This document shows positions 27,959 to 61,063 of a stretch of DNA of 64,000 nucleotides, one piece after another. The DNA is taken from assembly GCF_964204645.1 (NCBI RefSeq), contig NC_134027.1:2884485-2948484 (forward strand), given 5' to 3'. The first letter of the stretch is position 1; every line of letters begins with the position of its first letter. Under the pieces are notes generated by a model. That model did not search any database and was not told the origin of the DNA. It saw nothing but the letters and a program-made list of their open reading frames with translations. The position numbers and the translations under genes are program-made. The stretch is from Tubulanus polymorphus (lineage: Eukaryota; Animalia; Nemertea).

Positions 27959-28980
27959 TAAACAAGAAGCCTGTCGGCTTATATAGCTCCGCTGTCTTTG
28001 TTGTGGCTTGGAGCATAGACTATCACATCAGTATCTATTTGAAACTAGATGTTCAGGGACATTATAGCCACTTGGAGAAGGGCCACAATACCAATAATCA
28101 TACTAACATACTCTAAACTGACAAACTGTTGGAACTGAAGTCATAAGTGGAACAAACTGTAGTCCCCAAGTATTGGCACCAAGTGAAATTTATCAAAAAT
28201 CTATGCAATTGCTTCGATATAGAATGATGTACATAAAGGAGGAAGCTAGTGAGTGGAGAAAGCAGCTTTTAATAAATCAATATGCACAAGTTTTGGGAGA
28301 TTACTTCCAAAAAGTTAAACAAGAAACAACAATTATTTATGTTTTACAAATTAAGTCAGTTTATATTTTCAAATTTGTAATGAAAGAATACAAACACAAA
28401 TTATTTTTTTCTTAAATGTAATTCTAACAAATAAACTGAATATATCTCTGTAAGATTCAAAAGTTGATTGTTCGGGCATCAGAACAATTTACAACGGGCA
28501 TATGTGAAATTTAATAACTAGACTGATATTGGTTTTTACTATAATGACAAGTAAATTATAATTGCTCACATTTAAGTGAAAATCTAAAAATAGCCCTAAT
28601 TTGCATAATCTATGCAAAATCAAAAATATGGCTCTGTACTTTTGTAGGCACTCCCCCATAGATCATTCATACCAAGTTTGATTGAAATCCGCTGAAAATC
28701 GATGGAGGAGTAGCGATTTTAGTGAAAATCTAAAAATAGCCCTAATTTGCATAATTTATGCAAAATCAAAATTATGGCTCTGTACTTTTGTAGGCACTCC
28801 CCCATAGATCATTCATACCAAGTTTCATCAAGATCCCATCAGAACTGTAGGACTAGTAGGGATATAAAGAAAAAGTTGACGCCGGACACCGAACACCGGA
28901 CGGACGGACGGACGGACGACGACGACGAACCCCCTAACCCATCAGCTCCGCTGACCTTCGGTCACAGCGGAGCTAAAAAA
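27959..28980 (+). mobile_element. Non-autonomous Helentron-associated element (HINE; DINE-1/pearl-like)
   Basis: AAACAAG start; subterminal IR TAGCTCCGCTG (27984-27994) / CAGCGGAGCTA (28965-28975); 146-bp core repeat x2 (28575, 28721); (GGAC)n/(GAC)n microsatellite; terminal hairpin 28944-28974; A-run end. Confidence 0.8.
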
Positions 28981-29299
28981 TTTGAATTAATAACTGACCA
29001 ATCTTCATTTTAATTATCAGCCAAAGTAGACCTATATTTAAAAGGGACCTCACTCATTGATTTCGTCTAATAGAGTAAATATTTAAGCAATCATTGCCCT
29101 AGTTTTCATTTTACTTCATTTTACTATCAACAATATACCGGCCACAGAGCCTCAATAAAGTAGTGCGGAGATGCCAAGCTTGACCAGCGTCTCTATTCTC
29201 TCCAGTGCCTATGCATTTTGCTCCAGGTAAGAAAAATCAACTTAGCTTTATGTCCCGGTATGTATGCATTCCTGTTACTTATGCAGAATGAGGTCAAGA

Positions 29300-29596
29300 C
29301 TGCCAGGTTCGGTTGCGGCAGGTCTTTCGGTGGTTGGCTTATTCAAGGTGGAGTCTTTTGTGGTCACTTCTGGTGGGTAGATTTTAGGTTGATATCAAGC
29401 TGGGCTTTCCAGATTAAGTTTAGCTGAAATGAGCAAAAGAATGATATTCTGTAGTTACACAATCCTTTCTGTATCATACATCGTAATTTAAATGTGTATC
29501 AACTTAACTTTCAATATTGCTGAGTTCAGTGTTCTTTTTTCAGCATCGTCTTCATTGTAGTCGCCTTCAGTATCTTCTTCTTCATCTTGGGAGTCC
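29300..29596 (-). pseudogene. Relic exon-intron-exon related to the 242-bp array
   Basis: Acceptor CATTTAG| then acidic DSQDEEEDTEGDYNEDDAEK; ~84-nt intron similar to array introns with altered donor; next exon begins CAG|CTAAA and contains AQLDIN (array: TQLEIN); stops present. Confidence 0.45.
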
Positions 29597-29635
29597 TAAA
29601 TGAAAAAAAAGAGAAGAGCGATGAAAACCTGGTAC

Positions 29636-29790
29636 GGAACAAAACTAATGTCCGAAAGCTTTTCAGCTCTTCGTCGCCGGTCACATGCCGAGAACACCAG
29701 ACAATGAGCCAGCCAGGAATATACTGCCCTCTACACGCCCTCACACAGAACGCGAAAACCAGAATGACAACGCCTCACATTCCCCATCTA
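29636..29790 (+). mobile_element. RTE/RTEX-like LINE C-terminal fragment
   Basis: Translates QLFVAGHMPRTPDNEPAR.../ALYTPSHRTRKP, resembling the RRLRWAGHVxRM...GxRxxGRP end of RTE-type ORFs; frameshifted. Confidence 0.55.
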
Positions 29791-29869
29791 ACTGCAGGAT
29801 GTACTGGGCGACGTCAGTAACTGACAAACCTGTAAAATTGCACGAAACACAAATAGCGCAGTACAACCA

Positions 29870-30125
29870 GCTTGACCGGGTTGAGATTCAGGATCTCAAC
29901 TAGCACTCAAAAGCGTGACAAGAGACTTCATCCACTGACCGAGGTTGTCACAAGGACACAATGAAACTAGCACTCACAAGCCGACAAGAGACTTCATCCA
30001 CTGACCGGGGTTGTCACAAGGACACAATGAAAACTAGCACTCAAACTAGAAATCAAAGAGCGTGACAGTAGAATCATCCCTCATCCGGGCGGTCACAAGG
30101 ACACAATGAATGCTAGTAGCGTGAC
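29870..30125. repeat. ~63-bp tandem repeat, 3-4 copies
   Basis: ACTAGCACTCA...GACAAGAGACTTCATCCACTGACCG.GGTTGTCACAAGGACACAATGAA. Confidence 0.8.
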
Positions 30126-30208
30126 AATCCAGTATAACCGCTCCATTTGTATCCCGCGCAATCCCGCAGATATGCCCGTCATTGACATCACTCAGCACAC
30201 TTTGTAGA

Positions 30209-30360
30209 TAGGTGGGGGCAGTGAGGCCTCGTCATCCTGGTTTTCGTGTTCCGTATGAGGGCGTGTAGAGGGCAGAATTTCCTGACCTACTCTTTGTCTG
30301 ACATCCTCGACACATGACCGGCGAAGGAGAGCCGACGCTTTCGGACATTAGTTTTGTTCC
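30209..30360 (-). mobile_element. RTE/RTEX-like LINE C-terminal fragment, inverted copy
   Basis: VRKRRLSFAGHVSRMSDKE*/SALYTPSYGTRKPG; colinear with 29636-29790 in reverse. Confidence 0.6.
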
Positions 30361-32012
30361 AGCAAACGTTGAAATTCGACAGAGAAATCGGCCCTGAAAA
30401 ATAAAACGGATTAGAACCTGAAAAATAGAACGGGTTAATAAACACGGAACAGTACAGGACAGTACGGAGACAAACAGTAACACATAAAACATAAAGACGT
30501 CGTTCCTCAGGAAGCAGGAACAGGAGCAGGAACGGGAGCGCAGCGAAGATCGCCAGGAGGAGAATCCACGGTAGCATGTTCACAGTGTGAGTAAGCTGAG
30601 GTGAATGCCTATGCTTGTGTACACCGTGGTCGGCTGGTGACGTATTCAATAGCGCGTATAAATGATATCAACAACTCTGAAAAACCGCAATTGTGTCTCT
30701 ATTGTTGAATTGATTTACATTATGAAAGGTTCCACCGCCGGGTTGAATACGCGCCAGTAGTCAACTGAACAATATAGTGGAGGAATTTTAATAAGGCCAT
30801 GAAATAAATTACTTGATTCCCAACAGCTACTTCCGAATTTATAAGTTTATAAGTTTATTTTTCTTAAATTCTAGAATAATTTATAAATTATACCGACCGA
30901 TAGCACTTCAGTTAAAGATTCACACCAACACAGGTCTTCATATCGTAGAAACCGGGTAAACATTTACTAATGAAATTAGATTATTAGTCACAACTACGAA
31001 AGGACAGTTCATGCACCCCGAGATAACTAACTCACACCATGCACGAGGAAAGCGGTCTATTTGAGTCATTGGGGGAACCCACCATGTATTCATGATTAAT
31101 CATTCATACTGTTATCACAGAATCCCGTCAATAGACAGATTTTAAAAAACTCCTTGATTCAAATGAGGGGAGACATATTAGGCTTTTTTAATTACTTGGA
31201 GCACGGATCCTCCGAAATTCTGCCAAAAACTTCATGCTTACCGTGCACTCATAATTTAAAATAACACATTTTTTCTTTAATTTTGATACTTGATTAAACG
31301 GTGCCTCATCATGTTGATTTAGGAAAGTCCATAAAGAATTTCGTAATGATTTTCCTTTCCTGTACCGAAATTATTCAACGAATAAGAAATAAACATCATC
31401 AGTTATAATTACGAAAGGGCATTTTATTTCACCTGTCGATATTACAATCGTATTTATGAAATTCATGTTTTGTTTTTGTACTGATAGAAGGCAATTCTTA
31501 ATGACAAGTAAACTATATCCATAATAAGTGGCAGAGAATAATTCTCACAGTAACGAACAAAGAATAGATACAGTTAAAAAGGATTTTTCATACATCAATA
31601 TCAAGATCCTGTACAGAACTGCATTGAAAGCTAGAAGCCAGAATAAATGTAATTGTTATTATGAGCTGAGATTAGAATTAATGCCAGTGTATGAAAGCAG
31701 CAGTAAATATAATTCATTTCACAATCGAATATATAAAATAATCATTCACACCATAACAAATTTCACATAAAATCATGTTTTTCTAAGCATGGAGCATTTT
31801 CCGTGCACCGGTAAATTTAAATTACATAGATCCCTATTCACAGAATGTAACACTAATAAATCTATAGAAGCTGCAGTAATTAACAGGTCAGAGTCAGATG
31901 TAAAACGCTTCACTAGCGTATTTATCTAGCAGTACTGGCACAGTAAAATTGTGTAGTTATATATGCTGTATTAGAATCTGACACGACAAAAAAAACTAAT
32001 CATAAATATTGA

Positions 32013-32180
32013 ATCAGTAAACGTAAAGGCAGGTTGTAGGATTGATTGATTTTAATGAGCTTTCATTACTGGTGAATGGGAGGTTCATCAAGCGAAGCTT
32101 CTATTCACTAGTAGCGAAAGCTTGTATTTCAAATAAAATCAGTAAACTACACAGTACTATCCGTCTTCACGGTTACTGAT
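32013..32180. mobile_element. Palindromic MITE-like element in ZNF236 3' UTR
   Basis: Core stem 32058-32086 / 32094-32122; outer ATCAGTAA / TTACTGAT. Confidence 0.55.
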
Positions 32181-32229
32181 CCGACACCAGTTTAACGCGG
32201 CTCTTCAAAAATATCAACAAATCGATTGA

Positions 32230-43403
<11,174 letters not shown>

Positions 43404-43518
43404 TTTTCATCGTATCTCGGATAGTTCCAACACAAAATGGCGGTGATTCGTGCCGCCAAGCTCCGAATAACGACGGAAAGTGCCGAGTACTGCCGAGCCT
43501 GAATCGAGCGAAAACAAA
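43404..43518. promoter_or_regulatory. Bidirectional promoter/5' leader region of ZNF236 and RMDN1
   Basis: Divergent ATGs at 43403 and 43519; locally GC/CpG-rich; YY1-type AAAATGGCGG at 43434-43443 and AAAATGGCCG overlapping the RMDN1 ATG. Confidence 0.65.
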
Positions 43519-45369
43519 ATGGCCGCTCAAACAATCAGACAAATACTCAAATACAAACGCATATTTCACGGTTTTAAAGATCAAATATTAAGGCGAAATT
43601 TCCAGAAATATCAAGGATATATTATTTTACAAAGGATGGTAATAATTTTTGATGTTGCAATATGAGATAAAAGTTTAATTAAACTAATTAATGGCTGAAC
43701 TTGTAATTTAGAGTGGGATTGCCAAATTCGGGTAAAGGTAAATTGCGTATTGGGCCTTTGTAGAGCAAGACTATACCCGGTCAGGGTTTTTTCCTAGGAT
43801 AAGTAAAGACTGCCATTAGTAGTTACTATTTTAATTCATCAATGGATTGTTCCGTGTAGTAACATCAACACTAAGTAATTAGTTTATGTCATTTCAGGCT
43901 TTAATTGATAAGTTTTCTCCATATTTCACAAGATATCCACTTTTACTACCATGTTTTGTTGTCCATGCTGCATTTGGTTTTGGTGGCAGCACCAAAAAAG
44001 TTGGTAAGTGCTCTGTAGACCTCTTTCAAAACTTCATTGATGTCCCGAAATTTAATTGCCTCAAGTTTTATTTAGAGTCTGAAGGAGAGAAAGAACAGAA
44101 AATCATTGACAATGCCGACCAACTGTATCACGACAATGAAAACTCAAAGTTATATGAATTTCTACTGGAACACAAAGATTCTAAAAATGTTGAAATAGTT
44201 TGGCGATTGTCGCGGGCTACGTATGATAAAGGTCAAGAGGCAGAAGATCTAAATGAAAAGAAGAGACTTCATTATGAAGCATATGAATATATTCAGAAAG
44301 CGCTGGAATTAGATGATAAATGTTTTGCGGTTCATAAAGTATGTTTTTGTTCCCTTATTAAGATACAGAACCAACAAAATTTATCTGATTTATGAGAAAT
44401 TCAGATTTATATTCTAGCTTCATATATTACATACCGGTACATCTATGGACCTTATAAAAAAACTGCTCCAAATGAAGTGGAACTCAAGTGTACTATGAAC
44501 TTTTTTCAGTGGATGGGAATTTTGCTCGATGTTGTTGGAGAACATGAAGGGACCAGAAAAAGAATTGAAAATTCATTCCTTGTTAAAAAACATTTCCAGG
44601 TAGGTAGCTTATACAAATGTAATTACTAGTGCTGTGTAAAGTTTGAATATCCATCACAATTCTTTATTTTATCTTATTCTAAACAGAAAGCAGTAGAACT
44701 GAATCCAACCGATGCTACCTCAGTTTATTCATTGGGTTATTGGTGAGTTTACGAGAAAATCATTCGATTTTGAAAGGGTGCTTCTGCGTCCATTGAAATC
44801 TCTATTTTATCATCTTATTTTAGGCATTTCTTATTTGCTGACATGGCGTGGTATGAAAGAAAGATTGCAGCTATTGTTTTTACATCCCCTCCAACATCAA
44901 CTTACAAAGAGGTTAAATATTCATCATATTTTACGTGAAATTAATTGTCTGAGAAATATTCGTTTTAAGAGTTCTGAAATTAATTTTTCAGGCATTAGAA
45001 TATTTTGAAAAAGCGGAAGAAAGTGAGTTTTGAATAATGAGAATGGGGGGTGGATACATTTTATTGTATTGCTGTTGTATATTTTGATGTGATTTCGCAA
45101 ATTTCTTCCACAGTCGACCCAAATTTCTACAGCATGAATTTGTTGATGATTGGAAAATGTTACCTTCGCTTGAAAAACAAAGAGCGCGCCAAGGAATTTT
45201 TCATTAAAGCGAAAAATTATCCCGTTCAATCATTAGATGACAAAAAGGTGAGTGATGGACTTAAAAGATTGAAATTAATCATTTTGCAGGATACGTTTTT
45301 CCATACACGAGTTGTTACTTTATTTTCTAGGCCCATCAAGAAGCCGTGGACTTGCTGAAAAAGGTTTAA
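43519..45369 (+). CDS. RMDN1: Regulator of microtubule dynamics protein 1 (FAM82B), 9 exons
   Basis: Exons 43519-43638, 43898-44003, 44076-44338, 44510-44599, 44687-44742, 44824-44911, 44992-45022, 45114-45247, 45331-45369 splice in frame; motifs EIVWRLSRA, FAVHKW, AVELNPTDATS, FADMAWYERKIA..F.SPPTSTY, DPNFYSMNLLMIGKCY. Confidence 0.92.
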
Positions 45370-45578
45370 GTGATCTAGATATCTCATGAGACTTTCAGGA
45401 CCTCGAACCCTAGCCATAACACGTTGTAGAATACCACAACAGATCGATCTAATAATTACTGTTGTCATTACTACTTCGTAAACTACCAGAAAAAATGTTC
45501 ATTTCTTTAAACATTCGAATAATTATAATATTGTATGCAATATTTATTAGTGTTGTTGATGTAGATAGTGCATGTCAC

Positions 45579-45584
45579 AATAAA
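45579..45584 (+). terminator. Probable RMDN1 polyadenylation signal
   Basis: AATAAA about 210 nt after the stop codon. Confidence 0.5.
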
Positions 45585-48323
45585 TGTTTTCATAAAATCA
45601 GACTACGTGTATTTAAACTGTTGCTTTTAAGCCCACTTGGGATTTAAGTCCGTTTTCCTATGAAGAACTGTCATTGAAAACTCCAGGCAATCAGTTCCAA
45701 GTTGCTCTGAATCTATGAATTATTCAAAATCAAAATCTATGAAACCAACTCCAACAGTGCTTACCTAGTTGCCCAGGAAAAATATATCCAAAAAATATAC
45801 AACAATTGATTTATAAAAGGATTTATATTTTCATGACAAAAAGCCTACTTTATCTTAATGTAGACAACATATCTGTGTATATTACAATTGCACAGTTGTA
45901 CAAGATGAATCTTTACAAATGGTGACATTTATTATGGTACAAAACATACCAAGAGTTTATAACCCTTTTTTACTCGTATGTAAAAGACTGTAATTTTGGA
46001 CCCCTGTGGACCTAGCTCAAAATTAGTATATTTTCAATTGATTAGTATATAATCTTGAAATCTTCATATTATATGCAGAATCAATGCAATCATCTTATTT
46101 TCGATGAAGTTCTATAATACAAGTCAATTCCATTCACATTACAAATTACTTATGATTAAGAATTTCAATCCTTAAATTTGAAACATAATTCCAAAGGAAA
46201 ATACATGACCGAAAGAGATTCTATGTATGATATAGTAACATGTTAGCATGTCATTTTACAAATATACTGTTTAAATGATAATTAAGGAAACTAAGTGCAT
46301 TACATAAAAGCTCTAAAACAGCATTTCATATGTACAGCAGAATTAGTCATATGGAGAACATACGACCGTCGCAAATTAAATTAACCAATTATTGACGAGT
46401 CCTTTATATGTATCTATATCCAAGACTGAACTCCCCCTGTGACTATAGCATTAAGCAATCTTCGAATCTATCAATAATGTACAAAATAAATCAAGAATTC
46501 TTTTGTTTATTAAATCAGTGAATGAATTTGTCACACATTTATGGAAAAAATAAAAAGTATTATGTATTTGCATTTTTTTTTATTACCTGAAAAGTAACAG
46601 TAGTGTCTTTATACAGGAATTCCTATTTGAACAATGTTTTGACAGGAATTAGTAATGAGCCAGCAATAAGTCAAATGTGTGCATTTTTATACAGATGACA
46701 ACGTGCATCATAGGTGGTGTTCAGCATATATGGAACACATACATCAAAGGGTATGACTGTATAATACACCGGTAACTCGCGGTACCAATAAGATTCATTG
46801 GTGGAGCTAGGTGTATCGCACTAAATCCCGGATGTGATGAGGGGTACCTTTTTAAACCATAGTAACTTTATAAGTTTCTCCATCTGTAAAATTATAACAT
46901 CTATAAAACATTCATACATTCATCATTTAACCTTGAAAATTCATTGCATATTCATTTGACTAAAAAGTGATCTAAATGCTCTCATTATGAATTATCGCGG
47001 AAAGGAAGGTGCCTTAATAGCTCAATGTATCGTCGTCTACTTCAGAACTGGTATTACAATGAATCATCAGGATCTATATAGTAATAAAACAGTACTGTAA
47101 TTGCATCGATTTGCAATGGCGATGATGATAGTGACCATCACAATCATATTGAGGGAAATAACGGATGATTCCCAGGAATAGAAATTAAAAATTAACTTAC
47201 AAGATAATGTACACATAGCACCCCAGATATAAAGTATTTGTGCATTCAAGGTTTACAAGATAGTGTGCATCATTACGTTTCTCACGAGAAATTAAAGATT
47301 TGCTTACTATGATACCAAGTTAATCCAACTAGTTTAATTTGAAAGTCATGAATGAAACTTTCGATTATGGAGGGCTTTACAACAACATGGACATCCAGAT
47401 AATATTCCGATAAGAGTAACTATTTGAATATATTTCGATACAACGCTTTCATTTTGGAGACTGTTAATCACTGCTTGCCATACAAATCAATTAATGTATA
47501 ATCAATGCATAGATGCAGAACTGGCTTTCAATTTGTCATTTCTACACAAGGCAATTGTCAGGTGTATTCAAAATGGGTGTACAAACTTGATATACACGCA
47601 GTCAAGATTTCACAGCATGAAATATCAACATGTTTACAAAGTCATTTTCTAATCAGCATCACACCGAATTACTGTCTATATACCAGTAATAAGTAGGTAG
47701 TCACACGATCGCATGAGCGAAGCGTGAAATTTTCTTTTTCCGAAATATATAATGTAGCCATACCTTTAACCATTACAACACAATCAATCTATTTTGATGT
47801 TACTATAGTAACAAATCAAACCGCTACTAAAACCGTTTATTATTTTCGAGACACAAATTATCATCGTACTGACAGATTCAAACGTGTTAATGATAAATCT
47901 GCTGGTCGGTTCCATTCCCCGATGACGCACATTGATTCTACCGGCGGTTCTACCGGTGACTGATCGACACAATCCACACATTTCTGATAGTCTCCTGACG
48001 AGAAAAAATATCACAAGTTGTTTTTGTAGGTTTGAGAAATGCACAATGAACAGAGCATGTGTTAGCTCTGCGTAATATGACGACCTGTTACGCGCTAATC
48101 ATGAATCGCCACGAACAGCCCAATGAAACTAGACCGTTAGTTTACTGGCGATCGATTTTATTTTTCGATCCTCATCAGACGATCACTTCATAGCTACGTA
48201 GAGCTCCCTCGCTTGCAGTCATGCAGTTATCTTTTACAAGCCAAAAATAAATTAAAGCAACTACTAAGTTGCAGCAGTTCAGGTCCATTTTATCCTTAAT
48301 GTTGCCATGACGACTATATACAT

Positions 48324-57826
<9,503 letters not shown>

Positions 57827-58490
57827 CTGTGTGAAATAGAAATACAAAATATCAACTACAGATCAGTTATTCCTCAAGTTTTAAAGGAGAAAATTTTCAT
57901 GGAATCATCTGCATCACTTTTATAACCCAATAATTGAAGACTCCTCCTAAATCGATACTGTTTATCTAATTAGACCATTAATTCGGAGGTTTTGTAACAA
58001 ATTTATATCCTTAAAACTTCCTAAACTTGGTTTCTGATATGGCAACCGCCTAATTGGGTAAAGCAAATCCCAACTTTTACTGATTTATGAGCGGTTTACT
58101 GCAAATTTCTAATTGGTATTTTCTAAAAGGTATCCTTTATTGTGTTAAAATATAAAAATAGTTTGACTGTATATTGTGTAAATCATTCATATAATTGATA
58201 CGATGGAAATGAAAATTCTCTTCAATAATACATGAATGACTCCCTTAGGTTTACGACTGTCATTTATTTGTTAGTTTCATACATCAACATGTTCCAGCTC
58301 AACTTGACAGATCTCTACACAACACGGCAGTTCGGTCGAAAGAGGCTACAATTTTACCGACCAAAAATAAGACCCTTCCACAGCGATAATGGTACCCTTT
58401 CAGCGGAGTCGCGATATCGTACGATATCGCCATCTAGCGATAACTGAAATAACCGATCTCACTGGCTCGAGATAGAAACGAGACCTTTAC

Positions 58491-58596
58491 CTTCGTTAGC
58501 AGAATCTCCTAGATACGTGAAGAACTGGTAAGTGATGAACAACAGAGAGTCGATGATCTGATAAACAAAAATCACGATACGTTCTATAATATCCAT
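58491..58596 (-). CDS. CDK17: Candidate alternative first exon of the PCTAIRE kinase, hydrophobic (MDIIERIVIFVYQIIDSLLFITYQFFTYLGDSANEG)
   Basis: ATG, 35 open codons, phase-1 donor AAG|GTAAAG compatible with acceptor at 57826. Confidence 0.4.
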
Positions 58597-61063
58597 CGCA
58601 CAAACGTTATACGTTCATATCCTTTACGGCGGTTTCATCCTTCATAAAAAACACTTAGTGATTTTAGGTTGAAGCAATTATCGTCGTAATTGGGGTATAC
58701 ACCAATAACAGCAATAGCTGCGCAGTATTGTCAACATTAAAAATGTATTAGAAATTGTCATAACGCGATACAGCGCTGAAATATCGCCAATTACTCTCCA
58801 TAGACGCGAGACATACGCGGAAAATTCCGATCAAAATATGCTTTGATTTACTCAATCTCGCTGATCATTTAATTAAATACAGCGGATAAATAATGTATCA
58901 GTAAATGATGCGGGTTAAGTTTAAATCCGACTTCAAACCGAGACGGATTAAACGTCGCCGTTTCCATGGAAACTAAGACGAATCCATTAGTTCGCATCTG
59001 ATAAGCGATAATCCAAAGATCTTCTGAATTTGAAAGTGATTTTAATCCATTAGTTCGTTCTACATTCGCATTACTCGATTCCTTAATCAGATTAATCTCT
59101 AGTTACTGTTGGTAGTGTATGTGTATGTACGTATGAAAAATGTGGTATAAGGGATGTTGCACTGTGGTGCTACTACGGAATGAACCACAGCTGGAAAACC
59201 ATATATTTATAGTATCCTTCTTCAAACTGCTTTTCTTACGATAGAGGGAGAGAAAAGTGTTCAACTAAATCACTCTGAACATCGATCGGAAGCCGCGATC
59301 GCACAGAGACCGTTTGGACCGGACCCTGAGTCGAGTTTGGCTCATAGACTTTAAAGAACGTGTTCACATAGAAAAGTTCACTCATTTGTAACGAAAATGC
59401 GTTCAAAATGATGCTGTGGCAAGCGAGGTGAGAAACTTCCAGAACCAGTTAGCATTCACACAGAATAATTTGACCTGTGATTTCAAATTTGCCGCCAAGT
59501 CCGGTCTGACCTCCTCGGTCTAGTCACATTTGGTCCCTGTCACACAGGCATGGGCCAAATTTAGCCCTGGTCACAAAACGCATATGTAATAACAACTCGA
59601 AGTCAGTCACCTTGAAAACTGTACGATACATAAAACACCAGACATCAGTAAACAATTGATATATTCATCCATGCATTTATGTAAATGCGTGCCAATAGGA
59701 AACATGCTGTTCATCCTGAGATTCTGGTGTTACCGCAGATAACAAATAGCTTATCAACAAAAGACAGGCACATAGTGAACAGACTGTGCGCACATTTATT
59801 GGCGCAATTAATCAACCTTTAAATCGGTCCTCTAAAGCCTGGTACCAAGAATCAAACCATAAACCACACTGGATATGTTTTGATTACAGTTCCGTACCAC
59901 TTATTCAGCAATCGGCACCAAAATTGCTTCATCGCAACGAAAAGCATCGAGAATGTCGATAAACATCCTCAGAAAACATTACAGTGAAACTCCTTGAGTT
60001 TATGGCTTATCAAAATGAAGACTTACACGTAGCGAATTGAATTGGAAACAAAAATTTAGACGCAAAAATTGTAAATTCAGCAATAGGACGACTTATCTGA
60101 CAACAACATACGCAGGTTAGGCTGTACTGTCAATTTTACAGCAAAAACCAATCCTTGCGAAAATACTTCATCAGAAACCTTTCAATTACAGTTACAGTTA
60201 CAGTGTAATACATGTATAATCATATTAAAGGTTTAAGTGGATAATGGTCGCAATAACCTGAATTCGACGGGATGCCAAATTTGCTGTACTAAAAGTAAAC
60301 ATCCGGACTGCAGACTGCATGTCAATGAGGATTACATTAATACAACATGTCGCAGGCAACAACTTCATCAATATTAATATACACGATATTTACATCTTAC
60401 TCTGATAAATGCGATAAAGTTCAAGATGTTAAAGATTTATGACTGCTACATTAACCAACCACAGCGTTCATATTTCATATACGGTACACGAGTGACACCG
60501 GTTACATTTACAAGTGATGTAATAAGTTAACGAGGCACCCCGCAAGGCATTTATATTACTTCTGTGGACAATCTGTAACCGATTATAGAATATGTCTAAT
60601 TCAAAGCCACCTGTTACAACTTTCACTATAACCAAAATCGAAGCCTGGCCACACAGAACTAATGCGGTAGATAGCCAATTATTAATTGTTCAGGCCTATA
60701 GAAAGATCACTTTCTGAAATCTTAACCGGCCGATAATTCTCTGAAATCTGAGGAATCAACAAAACACTGCTCTGAATTCCGGTAGGCTAATGTACCTGGT
60801 TTGCTTCGATGGTTAATATTACTAAGTTTGGTGATGGCAATTATTCCATAGTTACAGTCAACAATATTATTAATAATGAATAATGAATAAATGAATGATA
60901 CCAAGTGGGAATCATAGATAGATCGTCAGCATTTTGAAATATTTCTACTTCCCTATCATCATGCATACTGAATAGCTCGATATCGCACAGTCGAACAAAA
61001 GCTGTCACCAGTGGCATAAATTTCAAATGTAAAACGTCAGCGACATTTTGTGTTCCAACTTAC

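Noticed and set aside
30287-30649. 120-aa ORF with hydrophobic stretch
   Set aside because: Runs through short repeats into a broken LINE fragment; non-ATG start; no family similarity recognised.
59500-59540. HDV-like ribozyme (ACC-TCCTC-GGT)
   Set aside because: Loop too short and no P1, P1.1 or P2 partners found.
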